A DNA stretch of 64,000 nt from Spirochaetia bacterium (GTDB lineage Bacteria > Spirochaetota > Spirochaetia > SZUA-6 > Bin103): positions 2,144,001 through 2,208,000 of the forward strand of contig CBDBDQ010000005.1 in NCBI GenBank assembly GCA_965203905.1, in the 5' to 3' direction. The translations under genes were made by a program, and so were the position numbers. This document shows, piece after piece, positions 1 through 9,405 of the stretch. The stretch's first letter is position 1, and the number at the start of each line of letters is the position of its first letter. The notes beneath the pieces were generated by a model. It worked only from the letters and a program-made list of their open reading frames with translations, made no database searches and had not been told where the DNA came from.

Positions 1-32
1 CCGGCCCGGTGATCATGATGCTCGCCATGGCG

Positions 33-806
33 CTACTCCCCGTTGCCGCGGAAGGGCGCGAACGCCGCGGCCAGTTGCGCCATGCCGGTGGACACCAGGC
101 CGCCGTCGGAGCCCAGGGCGATGAAGCTGAAGCCGCGCTCCAAGGTGGCCGCCACCTGATCCGGCCGTTGCAGCAGGATACCGGCCGCCTTGCCCGCCGA
201 CCGCGCCCCGGCCACCACCTGTTCGAGCGCCGCCAGGAACTCCGGATGGTCGAACTGGCCCCCGACCCCGAGGCCGATGGAGAGGTCGAACGGCCCCACG
301 AACAGCACGTCGACCCCGTCCACGGCGGCGATGGCGGCGGCGTTCTCCACCGCCTGGCGGGTCTCGATCTGGACCACCGTTAGCAGGCCGTCGTTGGCAG
401 TCTCCAGGTATTCGTCCCGCTCCCTGCCGAACCCGTTGGCGCGGATCATGGTTGCGGCGCCGCGCACCCCGTCCGGGAAGTAACGCATCGCGGTGGCGGC
501 GGCCTGCGCCTCCTCGGCGCTGCTGACCCAGGGCACCATCACCCCGGCCGCGCCGGTGTCGAGCACGCGTTTGAAGCGCCACGGCTCGTTCCAGGCGATG
601 CGCACGATGGCCGGCGTGGCGGCCGCGCTGGCCGCCTGGAGCTGGTGCACCAGCTCGCTCTGATCGCCGGCACCGTGCTCCAGGTCGAGGAGCAGCCAGT
701 CGAAGCCGGCGTTGCCCGCCATCTCGGTGGTGATGTGAGATCCAATGTTGCAGAAGGTGCCGGCCAGCAGCTCGCCGGCCAGCACCCGCTCGCGAAGATA
801 CCGCAT
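33..806 (-). CDS. HpcH/HpaI aldolase family protein
   Basis: AGFDWLLLDLEHG, VVQIET and DVLFVGPFDLS motifs of HpcH/GarL-type aldolases. Confidence 0.9.
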   Translation of the reverse strand: MRYLRERVLAGELLAGTFCNIGSHITTEMAGNAGFDWLLLDLEHGAGDQSELVHQLQAASAAATPAIVRIAWNEPWRFKRVLDTGAAGVMVPWVSSAEEAQAAATAMRYFPDGVRGAATMIRANGFGRERDEYLETANDGLLTVVQIETRQAVENAAAIAAVDGVDVLFVGPFDLSIGLGVGGQFDHPEFLAALEQVVAGARSAGKAAGILLQRPDQVAATLERGFSFIALGSDGGLVSTGMAQLAAAFAPFRGNGE

Positions 807-845
807 GGGCGGTAGTTATCCCCGAATGGCCGCGCCGGTGCTACC

Positions 846-2147
846 CTATACGGTCGCGTCCTCGCCGCGGGCGTGCGCCAGCTCGCGGGCGCTGGGATTG
901 ACCGAGGGCCGGAACGGCACCTCGCACACCTGTGCCCGGTCCGGCTTGCCCGGCTCGCTGGCGTACTCGTCCGGCAGCCACACGGTGACTGCCGTGCCGA
1001 CGGCGGAGAGCGCGACCGGCATCCACCCCATCGCGATGTTGCAGCCGAGCTCCGGCGCGTACCACGGCGAGGTGAGATACCCGACCGGGTCACCGCCCGC
1101 GGCATCCGACACCAGCCAGAAGTCGGAGGCGTAGTCGTCGATCGGCTTGCCGCCCATGGTCATGCCCACCATCGTCATGGCGAACGGCGGGCGGCCGGCG
1201 TCGACCTGTTCGCGCACGCGCTCCAGCGCCGCCTTGCCGATGTAGTCCGCCTTCTTCCTGCGCGGCACCTGGTAGGCCAGGTTGCACTGGAACGGCAGCG
1301 TCTCGTGGTCGATGTCCTGCCCCCACGACATGATGCCGGCCTGGATGCGGCGCTGGTGGCCGGGCGCGATCACCGAGAGCTGGTGCGCCTTGCCCGCCTC
1401 CAGCACCGCGTACCACAGCTTCTCGGCGTGCAGGGTGGCGTCGCGCAGGTAGATCTCGTAGCCCTTCTCGCCCGAGAATCCAGACTGGGAGATCACCACC
1501 GAGCAGCCGGCGATCTCGGTCTCCATGATGCCGTAGTAGGGGATGTCGTGGATCCCCGCGCCCACCAGGTCGGTCATCAGGGCCAACGACTTCGGTCCCT
1601 GGATCTGCACCGGACACACGTCGATCTCGTCGATCGCGACGTCCATGCGCATGCCGACGTTGACCCCCTGCAGCCAGTACAGCAGATCGGAGTCCGCGAG
1701 CGAGAACCAGAACTCGTCCGCGGACAGGCGCAGCAGCACCGGGTCGTTGAGAATGCCGCCCTTTTCGTTGCACAGGATGACGTACTTGGCATGCAGCGGC
1801 TTGATGCGGGTGGCGTTGCGGGTGATCACGTAGTCGACGAACCGCTCCGCATCGGGTCCCTGCACCCGGATCTGTCGTTCCACCGCCACGTTCCACATGG
1901 TGACGTGGTGGGTCAGCGCCTCGTGCTCCGCGGCGGCGCCGCCGTCCTCGGGGCGGACGTAGCCGCGCGGATGGTATACCCGGTTGTACACGGTGGCGCG
2001 CCAGCAGCCCGCCTCGTGCGACAGGTGCCAGTAGGGCGACTTGCGCACTCGGGTCGAGATCAGCAGCTCGGTGGGCGTGCGGCCGCTCTGGCGCAGGTTG
2101 ATGGGTACGATGCGGTCGGACTGGTCGACGCTCTGCGGTTGACTCAT
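846..2147 (-). CDS. Aminomethyltransferase (GcvT/DmdA-like, THF-dependent demethylase)
   Basis: Start MSQPQS overlaps the upstream stop (ATGA); GPDAERFVD, GFSGEKGYEI and DYIGK GcvT-fold motifs. Confidence 0.85.
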   Translation of the reverse strand: MSQPQSVDQSDRIVPINLRQSGRTPTELLISTRVRKSPYWHLSHEAGCWRATVYNRVYHPRGYVRPEDGGAAAEHEALTHHVTMWNVAVERQIRVQGPDAERFVDYVITRNATRIKPLHAKYVILCNEKGGILNDPVLLRLSADEFWFSLADSDLLYWLQGVNVGMRMDVAIDEIDVCPVQIQGPKSLALMTDLVGAGIHDIPYYGIMETEIAGCSVVISQSGFSGEKGYEIYLRDATLHAEKLWYAVLEAGKAHQLSVIAPGHQRRIQAGIMSWGQDIDHETLPFQCNLAYQVPRRKKADYIGKAALERVREQVDAGRPPFAMTMVGMTMGGKPIDDYASDFWLVSDAAGGDPVGYLTSPWYAPELGCNIAMGWMPVALSAVGTAVTVWLPDEYASEPGKPDRAQVCEVPFRPSVNPSARELAHARGEDATV

Positions 2148-2740
2148 GAATGCTCCCTCGGGGCCAGGCGGTACGGCTCGCGCGCGAACAGCCGGCGCAC
2201 CATCGGCTCGAAGAACTCCAGCGGCAGCGACTCGTAGGCGGGGTCGAACGCGGCCTGATCCCAGCGGTGGCAGAAGTCCACCGCATCCTGGTACCAGGGA
2301 TGGTCGCGGTACTTGTCGCGCGCGTTGCGGTCGCGGCCATGGAAATGGGCGTAGTAGACGAGCTGGAACAGACCGTGGTGGCGCACGATCCAGTAGGTCT
2401 TCTCGGTGACGTAGGGGCGCAGAATCATGGCGGACAGCTCGCCGTGGCTGTGCGGGGCCAGCAGGTCGTCGATGTCGTGCAGCAGCGCGGCTACCACCAT
2501 CTCCTCGTCGGCACCGTCCCGATAGGCGCGGGTCGCGGTCTGCAGCGAGTGTTCCAGGCGGTCCACCTGGTAGCCCGCCAGCGAACCGGACAGCGCACGC
2601 AGTTGCGCCAGCACCCGGTCGGCGAGACCGGCGGCAAACTCCTCTTCGAACCGCGCCAGCAGCTCGTAGTCCTCGCGGGTGCCCTGCGCCATGGTGGTGA
2701 AGCTCACCGTCGGAGCGCTCGGTGCCGTGTCGCCTTGCAT
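2144..2740 (-). CDS. HD-domain protein (PhnZ/TmpB-like di-iron oxygenase family)
   Basis: EHSLQ...LLHDIDD...H...HH...WD metal-ligand pattern; start uncertain (2740 or 2758). Confidence 0.75.
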   Translation of the reverse strand: MQGDTAPSAPTVSFTTMAQGTREDYELLARFEEEFAAGLADRVLAQLRALSGSLAGYQVDRLEHSLQTATRAYRDGADEEMVVAALLHDIDDLLAPHSHGELSAMILRPYVTEKTYWIVRHHGLFQLVYYAHFHGRDRNARDKYRDHPWYQDAVDFCHRWDQAAFDPAYESLPLEFFEPMVRRLFAREPYRLAPREHS

Positions 2741-2851
2741 GCTGCTCCTCCCTGGCATGCTGTTTATGCCGGATCGAGGCGCTGGTCAATACGCTGAACG
2801 ACGTGCCTGGCCGCGTGCTGCGGCGCACCGCGACCAGCGTAAAAAAAACGC

Positions 2852-2891
2852 TTGACAAGCAAGTTGCACTTCATTAGATGGGGTGTATATT
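2852..2891 (+). promoter_or_regulatory. Candidate sigma70-type promoter in the divergent intergenic region
   Basis: TTGACA at 2852-2857; also TTGCAC (2864-2869) spaced 16 nt from TATATT (2886-2891). Confidence 0.35.
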
Positions 2892-2966
2892 TCTCGCTTC
2901 TTCATGCTGCACATCGCTGGGGTCCCGGCACCCCACATCGGTCGCGACGGATTGAGGTGATCGAGT

Positions 2967-4082
2967 ATGGAGCACTCCATCAGCAGCGTCGTTCAGAACG
3001 GCGATACCCTGGCGGCGGTCTGGCACGGCGGGTCGGAGACCAGCCTTCCCTACCTGTGGCTGCGCGACAACTGCGGTTGCAGTGAGTGCCGCGTGGTGCA
3101 GACCACCGAGAAGCGGTTCCACATTTTCCGCGTGCCGCGGGAGCTGCGCCCGCGGCGGGTGACGATCGAACGTCCCGGCCGCGACGACGAGGAACTCAGC
3201 ATCGTCTGGCCGGATGGCCACAGCACCTGCTATCGGTCGAGCGACATCCACCGCCTCATCAGCCGGGAGCGCGACGAACTGCAATACTGGGACGGCCGCT
3301 TCCAGCCGCGCGAGTTCGACTGGCGCCGGTTCCTGGACCATGACCTGACCGCGGCCGACCTGATCGAGGAGTTTCTGCGGACCGGAGCATGCGTTCTGGT
3401 CGACGCTCCCACCGAGCCCGACTCGTCGGAACAACTGGCGCGGCGGCTGGGTCCCGTGCGCGAGGTGGTGTTCGACCGCATCCACAACGTCGTGGTCGAC
3501 CCCAAGGGATACAGCATCGCCCATACCGACCTGCCGATCGCGCCGCACAACGACTTCACCAGCTACAACTGGCCCCCGAGCGTGCAGGTGTTGCACATGC
3601 TGGCGAACGAGTGCGAGGGCGGAGCTTCTTCGATCGTGGATGGCTTCAGCATCCTGGAGGGGCTGCGCCGCGACCATCCCGACAAGTTCGCGGTGCTGTG
3701 CGCGGTGCGGGTCCCGTTCCGCCTGTCCAGCGCTCACGACGAGAGCTACGCGGTCAATCCCATGGTCGAGTTGGACGGCACCGGCAACGTCAGGATGCTG
3801 CGCTTCAATACCCAGCAGATGAAGGCCATCCCCCTGTCCGAGCCGCGCCTGGGCGAATTCTACGCCGCCTACCACGAGCTCTCCACGCGCGTGAACGCCA
3901 CTGCTGCCCAGGTTTCGTATCGGCTGGAAGGCGGGCAGATACTGCTGCTCGCCAGCCACCGCGTGCTGCACGGCCGCAGCGCGCTGCGCTCCGGTGGCAA
4001 GCGCCACCTGCAGGACGCCTACTTCGAGCACGACAACGTGCGCAACCACCTGACCCTGCTGCGGCGCAGCGGCCGGATCTGA
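2967..4082 (+). CDS. Fe(II)/2-oxoglutarate dioxygenase, gamma-butyrobetaine dioxygenase/TmpA-like (TauD family)
   Basis: N-terminal WLRDNCGCSEC zinc domain, HND facial triad and RVLHGR. Confidence 0.88.
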   Translation: MEHSISSVVQNGDTLAAVWHGGSETSLPYLWLRDNCGCSECRVVQTTEKRFHIFRVPRELRPRRVTIERPGRDDEELSIVWPDGHSTCYRSSDIHRLISRERDELQYWDGRFQPREFDWRRFLDHDLTAADLIEEFLRTGACVLVDAPTEPDSSEQLARRLGPVREVVFDRIHNVVVDPKGYSIAHTDLPIAPHNDFTSYNWPPSVQVLHMLANECEGGASSIVDGFSILEGLRRDHPDKFAVLCAVRVPFRLSSAHDESYAVNPMVELDGTGNVRMLRFNTQQMKAIPLSEPRLGEFYAAYHELSTRVNATAAQVSYRLEGGQILLLASHRVLHGRSALRSGGKRHLQDAYFEHDNVRNHLTLLRRSGRI

Positions 4083-4091
4083 GATCCGGCC

Positions 4092-4202
4092 CCGCGCAAC
4101 GAAGGCCGGGACCGTGGTCCCGGCGACACCCGGCGGCTACGTGCACCGCGTCAGGTAGAAGTGGATCCGCTCAACGAAGGCCGAGACCGCAGTCCCGGCG
4201 AC
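4092..4202 (-). CRISPR. Type I-G mini-array: two ~36-nt repeats (4092-4127, 4167-4202) and one ~39-nt spacer
   Basis: ccgcgcaacgaaggccgggaccgtggtcccggcgac vs ccgctcaacgaaggccgagaccgcagtcccggcgac (4 mismatches); internal hairpin; minus strand ends ...TTCGTTGAGCG like I-G repeats; directly downstream of the cas operon. Confidence 0.8.
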
Positions 4203-4299
4203 CCGTCCCGTCACAGTGGATCAGCGCGCACCGTCGGGGGCGGTCCCCGAAGTGCTCGAGCGCCGCGATGGCGACGACGAACGTGTCCGGATTCATCTC

Positions 4300-5199
4300 T
4301 CAAACCCGTCCAGCCCCGAATCCGCGCGTGGTGTCCGCCGTGGCCCTCGGCTTGAACTGGACGCTTTGCCAAGCCGCGTGTACGCCGACGCGCGCCCAGC
4401 CGCTCTTCCTGTGCGGTTCCCAAAGGTCGAGCAGGGCGTCGATGGCGGGGCAGTCCAGGGAAGCGCTCCACGTCGGCCACATGAAGCGGTGCTCGCGTCT
4501 GCTCCCCGGAATCCTGAGCCAGCCCCGCTGGACGACCGATGGGTAAGCGGAACCGCGGACACTGCGGTCGGTGCCCGTGCCGCGCACGGGCAGGAGCGCA
4601 AGCGCGTAGAACGCGAGCACTTCGACCACCGGGTCGACCGACATGGCGGAGGCATCCGACTGGGATCCCATTCTGGTCAGGTCGAAGCCCAGCCCGTTGT
4701 CCTTGACCCGCTGCGCTGTTCCAAAGAGCGAATCCTTCAGGCGATCGACTGATGGTTCGACTTCGCGGTGAACCTTCAGCAAGCGGTGGTGCAGCCACTT
4801 GATGGTTCCCGGTCCGGCGGGGTCGAACGGGGCGTGAGCCACCTCGCGGTTCTGGTCCACGGAGAGATCCGTCATGGTCGACGACAGGGTCCAGGAGTGC
4901 CGGTGGCCGCGGCTGGCACGGGCTCTGGCCACGAACGCATCCACGGACACCTTTCTGGGCAACGGTGGCGGCTCCTTCCACCGCTCGGCAATCGGCATGC
5001 TGGCCAGTTCTCTCTGGTCCGGCCATGCGGCTGCCAGGGCTGCAACGGGATCGGTCTCGTCAGCGCACAGTACTGCCGTCGGAGTGCGCTCCGTGGTCCA
5101 GCGCAGCCGAATCCGCGAATCCAGTACGGTAGTCCCGACCGCGGCCAGCCAGGCGTTGAGCCACGACGCGGGCAGCCCGGGACAGATCACTTCGACCAT
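4300..5199 (-). CDS. csb3: Type I-G large subunit Csb3/Cas8g2
   Basis: 299 aa, start overlaps the cas3 stop; N-terminal GLPASWLNAWLAAVG; position and size match csb3. Confidence 0.7.
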   Translation of the reverse strand: MVEVICPGLPASWLNAWLAAVGTTVLDSRIRLRWTTERTPTAVLCADETDPVAALAAAWPDQRELASMPIAERWKEPPPLPRKVSVDAFVARARASRGHRHSWTLSSTMTDLSVDQNREVAHAPFDPAGPGTIKWLHHRLLKVHREVEPSVDRLKDSLFGTAQRVKDNGLGFDLTRMGSQSDASAMSVDPVVEVLAFYALALLPVRGTGTDRSVRGSAYPSVVQRGWLRIPGSRREHRFMWPTWSASLDCPAIDALLDLWEPHRKSGWARVGVHAAWQSVQFKPRATADTTRGFGAGRV

Positions 5200-8009
5200 C
5201 AGCGCAGCTCCAGCTCGGTCACGTGCGATCCGGCCGACACCGCGTGGTCGGCGCGCCGTACGATCGCCTCGATCAGGGCCAGGCCCCACGGTCCGTAACG
5301 GGCGTTGAGGCGTGAAAAACGAGCGGGCTGACTCCAATCGATGATGGACAGGTCAGCACAATCCTCCACCATGGCACCCTCGAACTCCGCGGAAACCGTC
5401 TGCCGCGTGTGGTCATCCGCCGGCGGCACCAGGGGCCGGCCGGAACCGTGATGGCTGACCACGAGATGGAGCAGCAGGTCGGCAAGCAAGGGGTCCATCC
5501 GCTTGCGACCGGTCGCGATCCAGCGCTGAACCAGTCGCGCAGACAGCGCTTCATGCCGGCCGCCCTCCGGCCACCCCGCCGCGAGGCGCGCCGCAGTCCA
5601 CTGGCTGCGTGGCATCTGTGACCTGGCCACCGGGAGCGCCTGCTTCGCATCCGGATCGAGCCATCCTTGAAAGCGTGCATCCGCCTTCCCAAGGTCATGC
5701 GAGCGACCGGCGCGCTCGATCACGGCCGCCAGCTCGGGCGCGATGCCGACGCGCTCAGCGATCGCGCGAGCCCGCACCCCTACCGCCACTCCGTGGTCCT
5801 CCAATGCGACCGCCGTGCCGGCGCGTGACGTCTCGTCGAGTTCGTCGCTCGGCGGCTCGCGTGCCGCCCCCCGGGGAAGCCGTGCCACCTCGTTCCGCGC
5901 GCTGACGACGCGCGGTTCCAGGGCATGCACCAGGGAGCTCCATTCGGCCGCCTCCCATCCCGCCGGTGTCACCTCGGAGATCGCCTCCAGGATCTCCGAG
6001 ATGGCCGCGGAACTGGCGGCCTCATCGGGGTCATCATCGTCGTCCACGACACCGAGTGCGCGGTTGACCAGCGCTCCAACGGAGATACCGCACAACGACC
6101 GAATCGCAGTGGCGTCCAGGGGCAAGCCATGCTCGGCAATCGACGCGTCGGCGACCGGCGACGACGACTGCGGATCCCACCCGTACGCGTCCATCAGGCC
6201 GCGATCGGACGGCACAACGACAACATCGCCCGGTCGAAGCTCGTCACGGTGTGCCGTTTCTACCGTCACGCCGTCGGCGCCGAGGCGACGCGGCCTCTCG
6301 TACGCGTCGAACGCTGCGCGTGCCTCGGTCAACGGCACGTCGACGGCCTCGCGGTCGATGGCCCTGGGCCAGAGCAACTCGCCGTCGTCCGGGACGAACA
6401 CGCGCCAGATCAGCGACACCGTGTGCTCCGGGGCTGCGATCCCGGAGAAGTAGGGTTCCACCGGCGCCTCGCCAGCGGGCGGAGTAGTGGTCTTTACCCA
6501 CTCCCACAGCAGGCCGGGCAGGACCTCGGGCGCCCGGCCGGGATCGTCGCCCGGTGGTCCGAGCATCTTCGCGACCGTCCGTGGCGCAAGGTTCGCCTCG
6601 CCGTCGGCTGCACGGCGGACCGTGGCCTGGAGTCTCCGGAGCACCGCCGCCGGTTCCCGCCCGTAGACCGGCCACCCGTCCCGCTCGTCGCTTCGCGCGC
6701 GCTTGTTCCCGGGCGGCGGCAGATGCACGTAGACGGCGCGGGCGTGGGGGAATCGCCCCAGGCGATTCAACCGGCCGAGACGCTGCGTAAGGGAGCGCAC
6801 GCCGCACGCTTCCGTGACCAGGAACTCGGCGTCAACGTCGGCGCCCACCTCCAGGGTCTGGGTGGCGACCACGACGAGATGACGCCGGCGTACCGTTGCC
6901 GCGTCGCGGGCCGACGGCATGCCATGCACCGGATCGAGAATGCGTTGCCGCGTGCGTTCCGCTTCCCGCTCCCGGGCGCGGCCGGTCAGCAGAAGAATCT
7001 CCGCCCAATCTTCCGGGTTCATGCGGCACAGCCGGCGAAATGCGTCGCGGGCGGTGGCGGGCGTGTTGGCAAACACCACGCAGGACGCGGCGCCGGGCGC
7101 CCGTACGAGCAACGAATGTGCGGCCTCGGCGAGCCGTTGCCCGGGCGCGCCCGACTCGACTCGCAGCGCCATCGGCTTGACGGCGTCGAGGCGCTGCCGC
7201 ACCACGGGATGAGCCGCGTCGTCCGCGTCGAGATCGAAACGCGCTGCGCCGGAGGTAGTGCCGGTGGCAGTCAGCGCCACCACCGTGGGCCGTGAACGAG
7301 CGTGGCCGAGGATCGGCTCCGCTCCGGGACTGCACTCGGCAAGTGCGGGCACCAGCGCCATGAGGTGGTGCGCCAGGTGCGCCTCGTCCACGAGCACCAG
7401 ACTGTCGGCACCGGCCATGGCCGCGGCGATCGGGCGCATCGACCGGGAACAACCGTAGCCGCGAAACAGGAGTTGCGATCCATACATCGGAAGCGTCGCC
7501 AGCACGATCGCCGGCTGCGACGGATCGACCGTGCTTGGCGGCGAAACGCCCCCGCGAAGCCGGATGACTTGGAGTGGTTGGGCGGCCGGATCTGCCGCGA
7601 GCGAGCACAAACGGTCTGCGACGCCAGTGATCACGTTTGCTGCCGAGCCACTCAGCCCGAGCTGTTCCGGATCGCGGAGCGCGCTCCTGATCGCCTCCGC
7701 GTGGTCGGCGGTCGAATCGACCAGCTGGCGCCGGCTCACCAGCCACCAGATCCGGGTGGGCGCGGTGCGCCCGGCCGGTGTGCGGTCGGCCTGGGACGCA
7801 AGCCACCAGGTGGCGACGTCCAGACAGGCGGTCTTGCCAAGCCCGGTGGGCACGCCGACTTCGGCCGGCCACCGCTCGGAAGCGGCGACCTGGGCGGCCA
7901 GACGCGACTGCCACGGGAACGGGTCGCGGCCGTTGAGCGCCCGATAGAAGTCGGCAAACGCGGGCATGGATGGGAGCGCCCGCCGATCAGGTGTCTCCGC
8001 CATCACCAT
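5199..8009 (-). CDS. cas3: Type I-G Cas3 helicase with C-terminal HD nuclease
   Basis: PFPWQ, VPTGLGKT, VDEAH, TAT, VATQTLEVGADVD and QRLGRLNR; C-terminal H...HDLGK...HE...SHHG (C-terminal HD is diagnostic of I-G). Confidence 0.95.
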   Translation of the reverse strand: MVMAETPDRRALPSMPAFADFYRALNGRDPFPWQSRLAAQVAASERWPAEVGVPTGLGKTACLDVATWWLASQADRTPAGRTAPTRIWWLVSRRQLVDSTADHAEAIRSALRDPEQLGLSGSAANVITGVADRLCSLAADPAAQPLQVIRLRGGVSPPSTVDPSQPAIVLATLPMYGSQLLFRGYGCSRSMRPIAAAMAGADSLVLVDEAHLAHHLMALVPALAECSPGAEPILGHARSRPTVVALTATGTTSGAARFDLDADDAAHPVVRQRLDAVKPMALRVESGAPGQRLAEAAHSLLVRAPGAASCVVFANTPATARDAFRRLCRMNPEDWAEILLLTGRAREREAERTRQRILDPVHGMPSARDAATVRRRHLVVVATQTLEVGADVDAEFLVTEACGVRSLTQRLGRLNRLGRFPHARAVYVHLPPPGNKRARSDERDGWPVYGREPAAVLRRLQATVRRAADGEANLAPRTVAKMLGPPGDDPGRAPEVLPGLLWEWVKTTTPPAGEAPVEPYFSGIAAPEHTVSLIWRVFVPDDGELLWPRAIDREAVDVPLTEARAAFDAYERPRRLGADGVTVETAHRDELRPGDVVVVPSDRGLMDAYGWDPQSSSPVADASIAEHGLPLDATAIRSLCGISVGALVNRALGVVDDDDDPDEAASSAAISEILEAISEVTPAGWEAAEWSSLVHALEPRVVSARNEVARLPRGAAREPPSDELDETSRAGTAVALEDHGVAVGVRARAIAERVGIAPELAAVIERAGRSHDLGKADARFQGWLDPDAKQALPVARSQMPRSQWTAARLAAGWPEGGRHEALSARLVQRWIATGRKRMDPLLADLLLHLVVSHHGSGRPLVPPADDHTRQTVSAEFEGAMVEDCADLSIIDWSQPARFSRLNARYGPWGLALIEAIVRRADHAVSAGSHVTELELR

Positions 8010-9405
8010 CTTCCACCGGTACGCACAGACCCAACCCGCGCTGTCTGCCGGCGCCTATCACCACCGGTCCGGCAACCGGTTCCGTGAACCACAGTTGCAC
8101 GTGGGAGTAGGGCAGTCCGGTTCTTCCGGGCCGGTTTATCTCCACGGGTGCGAGATCGACCGCGCCGTGCACCAGTGGAGCGCGCGCTGACCGGAACCGT
8201 ACGGGCGCCGGCAGGCCGGCGTGTTCGCACCAGCGCGACACTTGCGCAAGATCCAGACGGCCGCGGCGCTCATGCAATGCGGGGAATGCCGTCGCCCAGC
8301 AGCGCGACGATCGCGTCCAGCGAGCCGGGTTCGCGGCCATGGGCCGCTGCTCGTTGTCCCGAGGCAAGACCGGCACGTCGAGACCGCGACCGCTCAAGCG
8401 GCGTATCGCAAGCGCGGAGTCACGCGCCCGCCGGCGCGTTACCGCGTCGCAGCCGGGCGGAAGCCACAGTGCCAGGCCATGAATCCGTCCCCGCGATCGC
8501 GCGTACCCCACGTCGGGCAACGCCAGGTATCGAGCCAGGTCATAGCCGCTGCCGTTGCAGCCGTGCCCATGCAGAACGGGCGGAGGCTCGCCGTGGATCC
8601 GCTGATGTCGGCTCAGCAGCGCATCCTTGAACAGCGTGACCAGTGGCGTCACGCGTCGTCCCGATATGGCCTTCTTCAGAATGAGCCACGCCACCACCGT
8701 GCCGGCTTGTTCCGGAGTCGCCGCATTCGGCGAACGGTACGAGAGCTGATGGCGGAGGGCTGGAAACTGGGCGCGGGAGACATCGGCACCGCGCTCGGTC
8801 CACCGGTCGTACATCGAGTCCAGGATCCGCACGTCGCCTTTCTCGGGAACACTGATTGCTACATCCCCGGCAGCGTCCGGCACAAAGAGCTCGCCGACTA
8901 CGGACCAGTCGGGGATGCTCGTCCGCACGCGCATGCGTACCGGCGAATCTGCCGCTCCCAGGTATCCGACACGCGCCGCGCGTCGCCGGAGGCTCTCGAT
9001 TGTCTCCGGCGGCGCATCGGCTTCCCAGGAGTAGAGAACCTCGGGATGGCGCGGCGTGACTCGGACTCCCGGCCGTACCGGTGTGCCCTTACGCCCAGGG
9101 TATTCCTGATGGGTCGACCGCTCGGGGCTACCCTTATGCTCTACCACGAAGCGCGGCCGCAGCACTTGATGCCACGGCAGCGTGTGAGCATGGATCTTCG
9201 GTGGGGGAAGCTGCTCGAGCCACTCCAGCTCGGAGCCGTCTGTCACCAGACATCGCTCCCGGGTCCCGTCCGCCGCGACCATCGCTGCGAGAACGCGGGA
9301 GGGGGCCGGGGGCCACTCGCCGCGGGTCAGGCTGCCCGTGTTCGCGGTGCCATCGGGATCCGCGCGAAACGTGCCCTGCAGCAGCTCGACCGAGATCGCG
9401 AGCAT
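7987..9405 (-). CDS. csb2: Type I-G Csb2 (Cas5-Cas6 fusion)
   Basis: EWPPAPSRVLAAM, GYLGAADS and C-terminal G-rich loop GPVVIGAGRQRGLG. Confidence 0.92.
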   Translation of the reverse strand: MLAISVELLQGTFRADPDGTANTGSLTRGEWPPAPSRVLAAMVAADGTRERCLVTDGSELEWLEQLPPPKIHAHTLPWHQVLRPRFVVEHKGSPERSTHQEYPGRKGTPVRPGVRVTPRHPEVLYSWEADAPPETIESLRRRAARVGYLGAADSPVRMRVRTSIPDWSVVGELFVPDAAGDVAISVPEKGDVRILDSMYDRWTERGADVSRAQFPALRHQLSYRSPNAATPEQAGTVVAWLILKKAISGRRVTPLVTLFKDALLSRHQRIHGEPPPVLHGHGCNGSGYDLARYLALPDVGYARSRGRIHGLALWLPPGCDAVTRRRARDSALAIRRLSGRGLDVPVLPRDNEQRPMAANPARWTRSSRCWATAFPALHERRGRLDLAQVSRWCEHAGLPAPVRFRSARAPLVHGAVDLAPVEINRPGRTGLPYSHVQLWFTEPVAGPVVIGAGRQRGLGLCVPVEDGDGGDT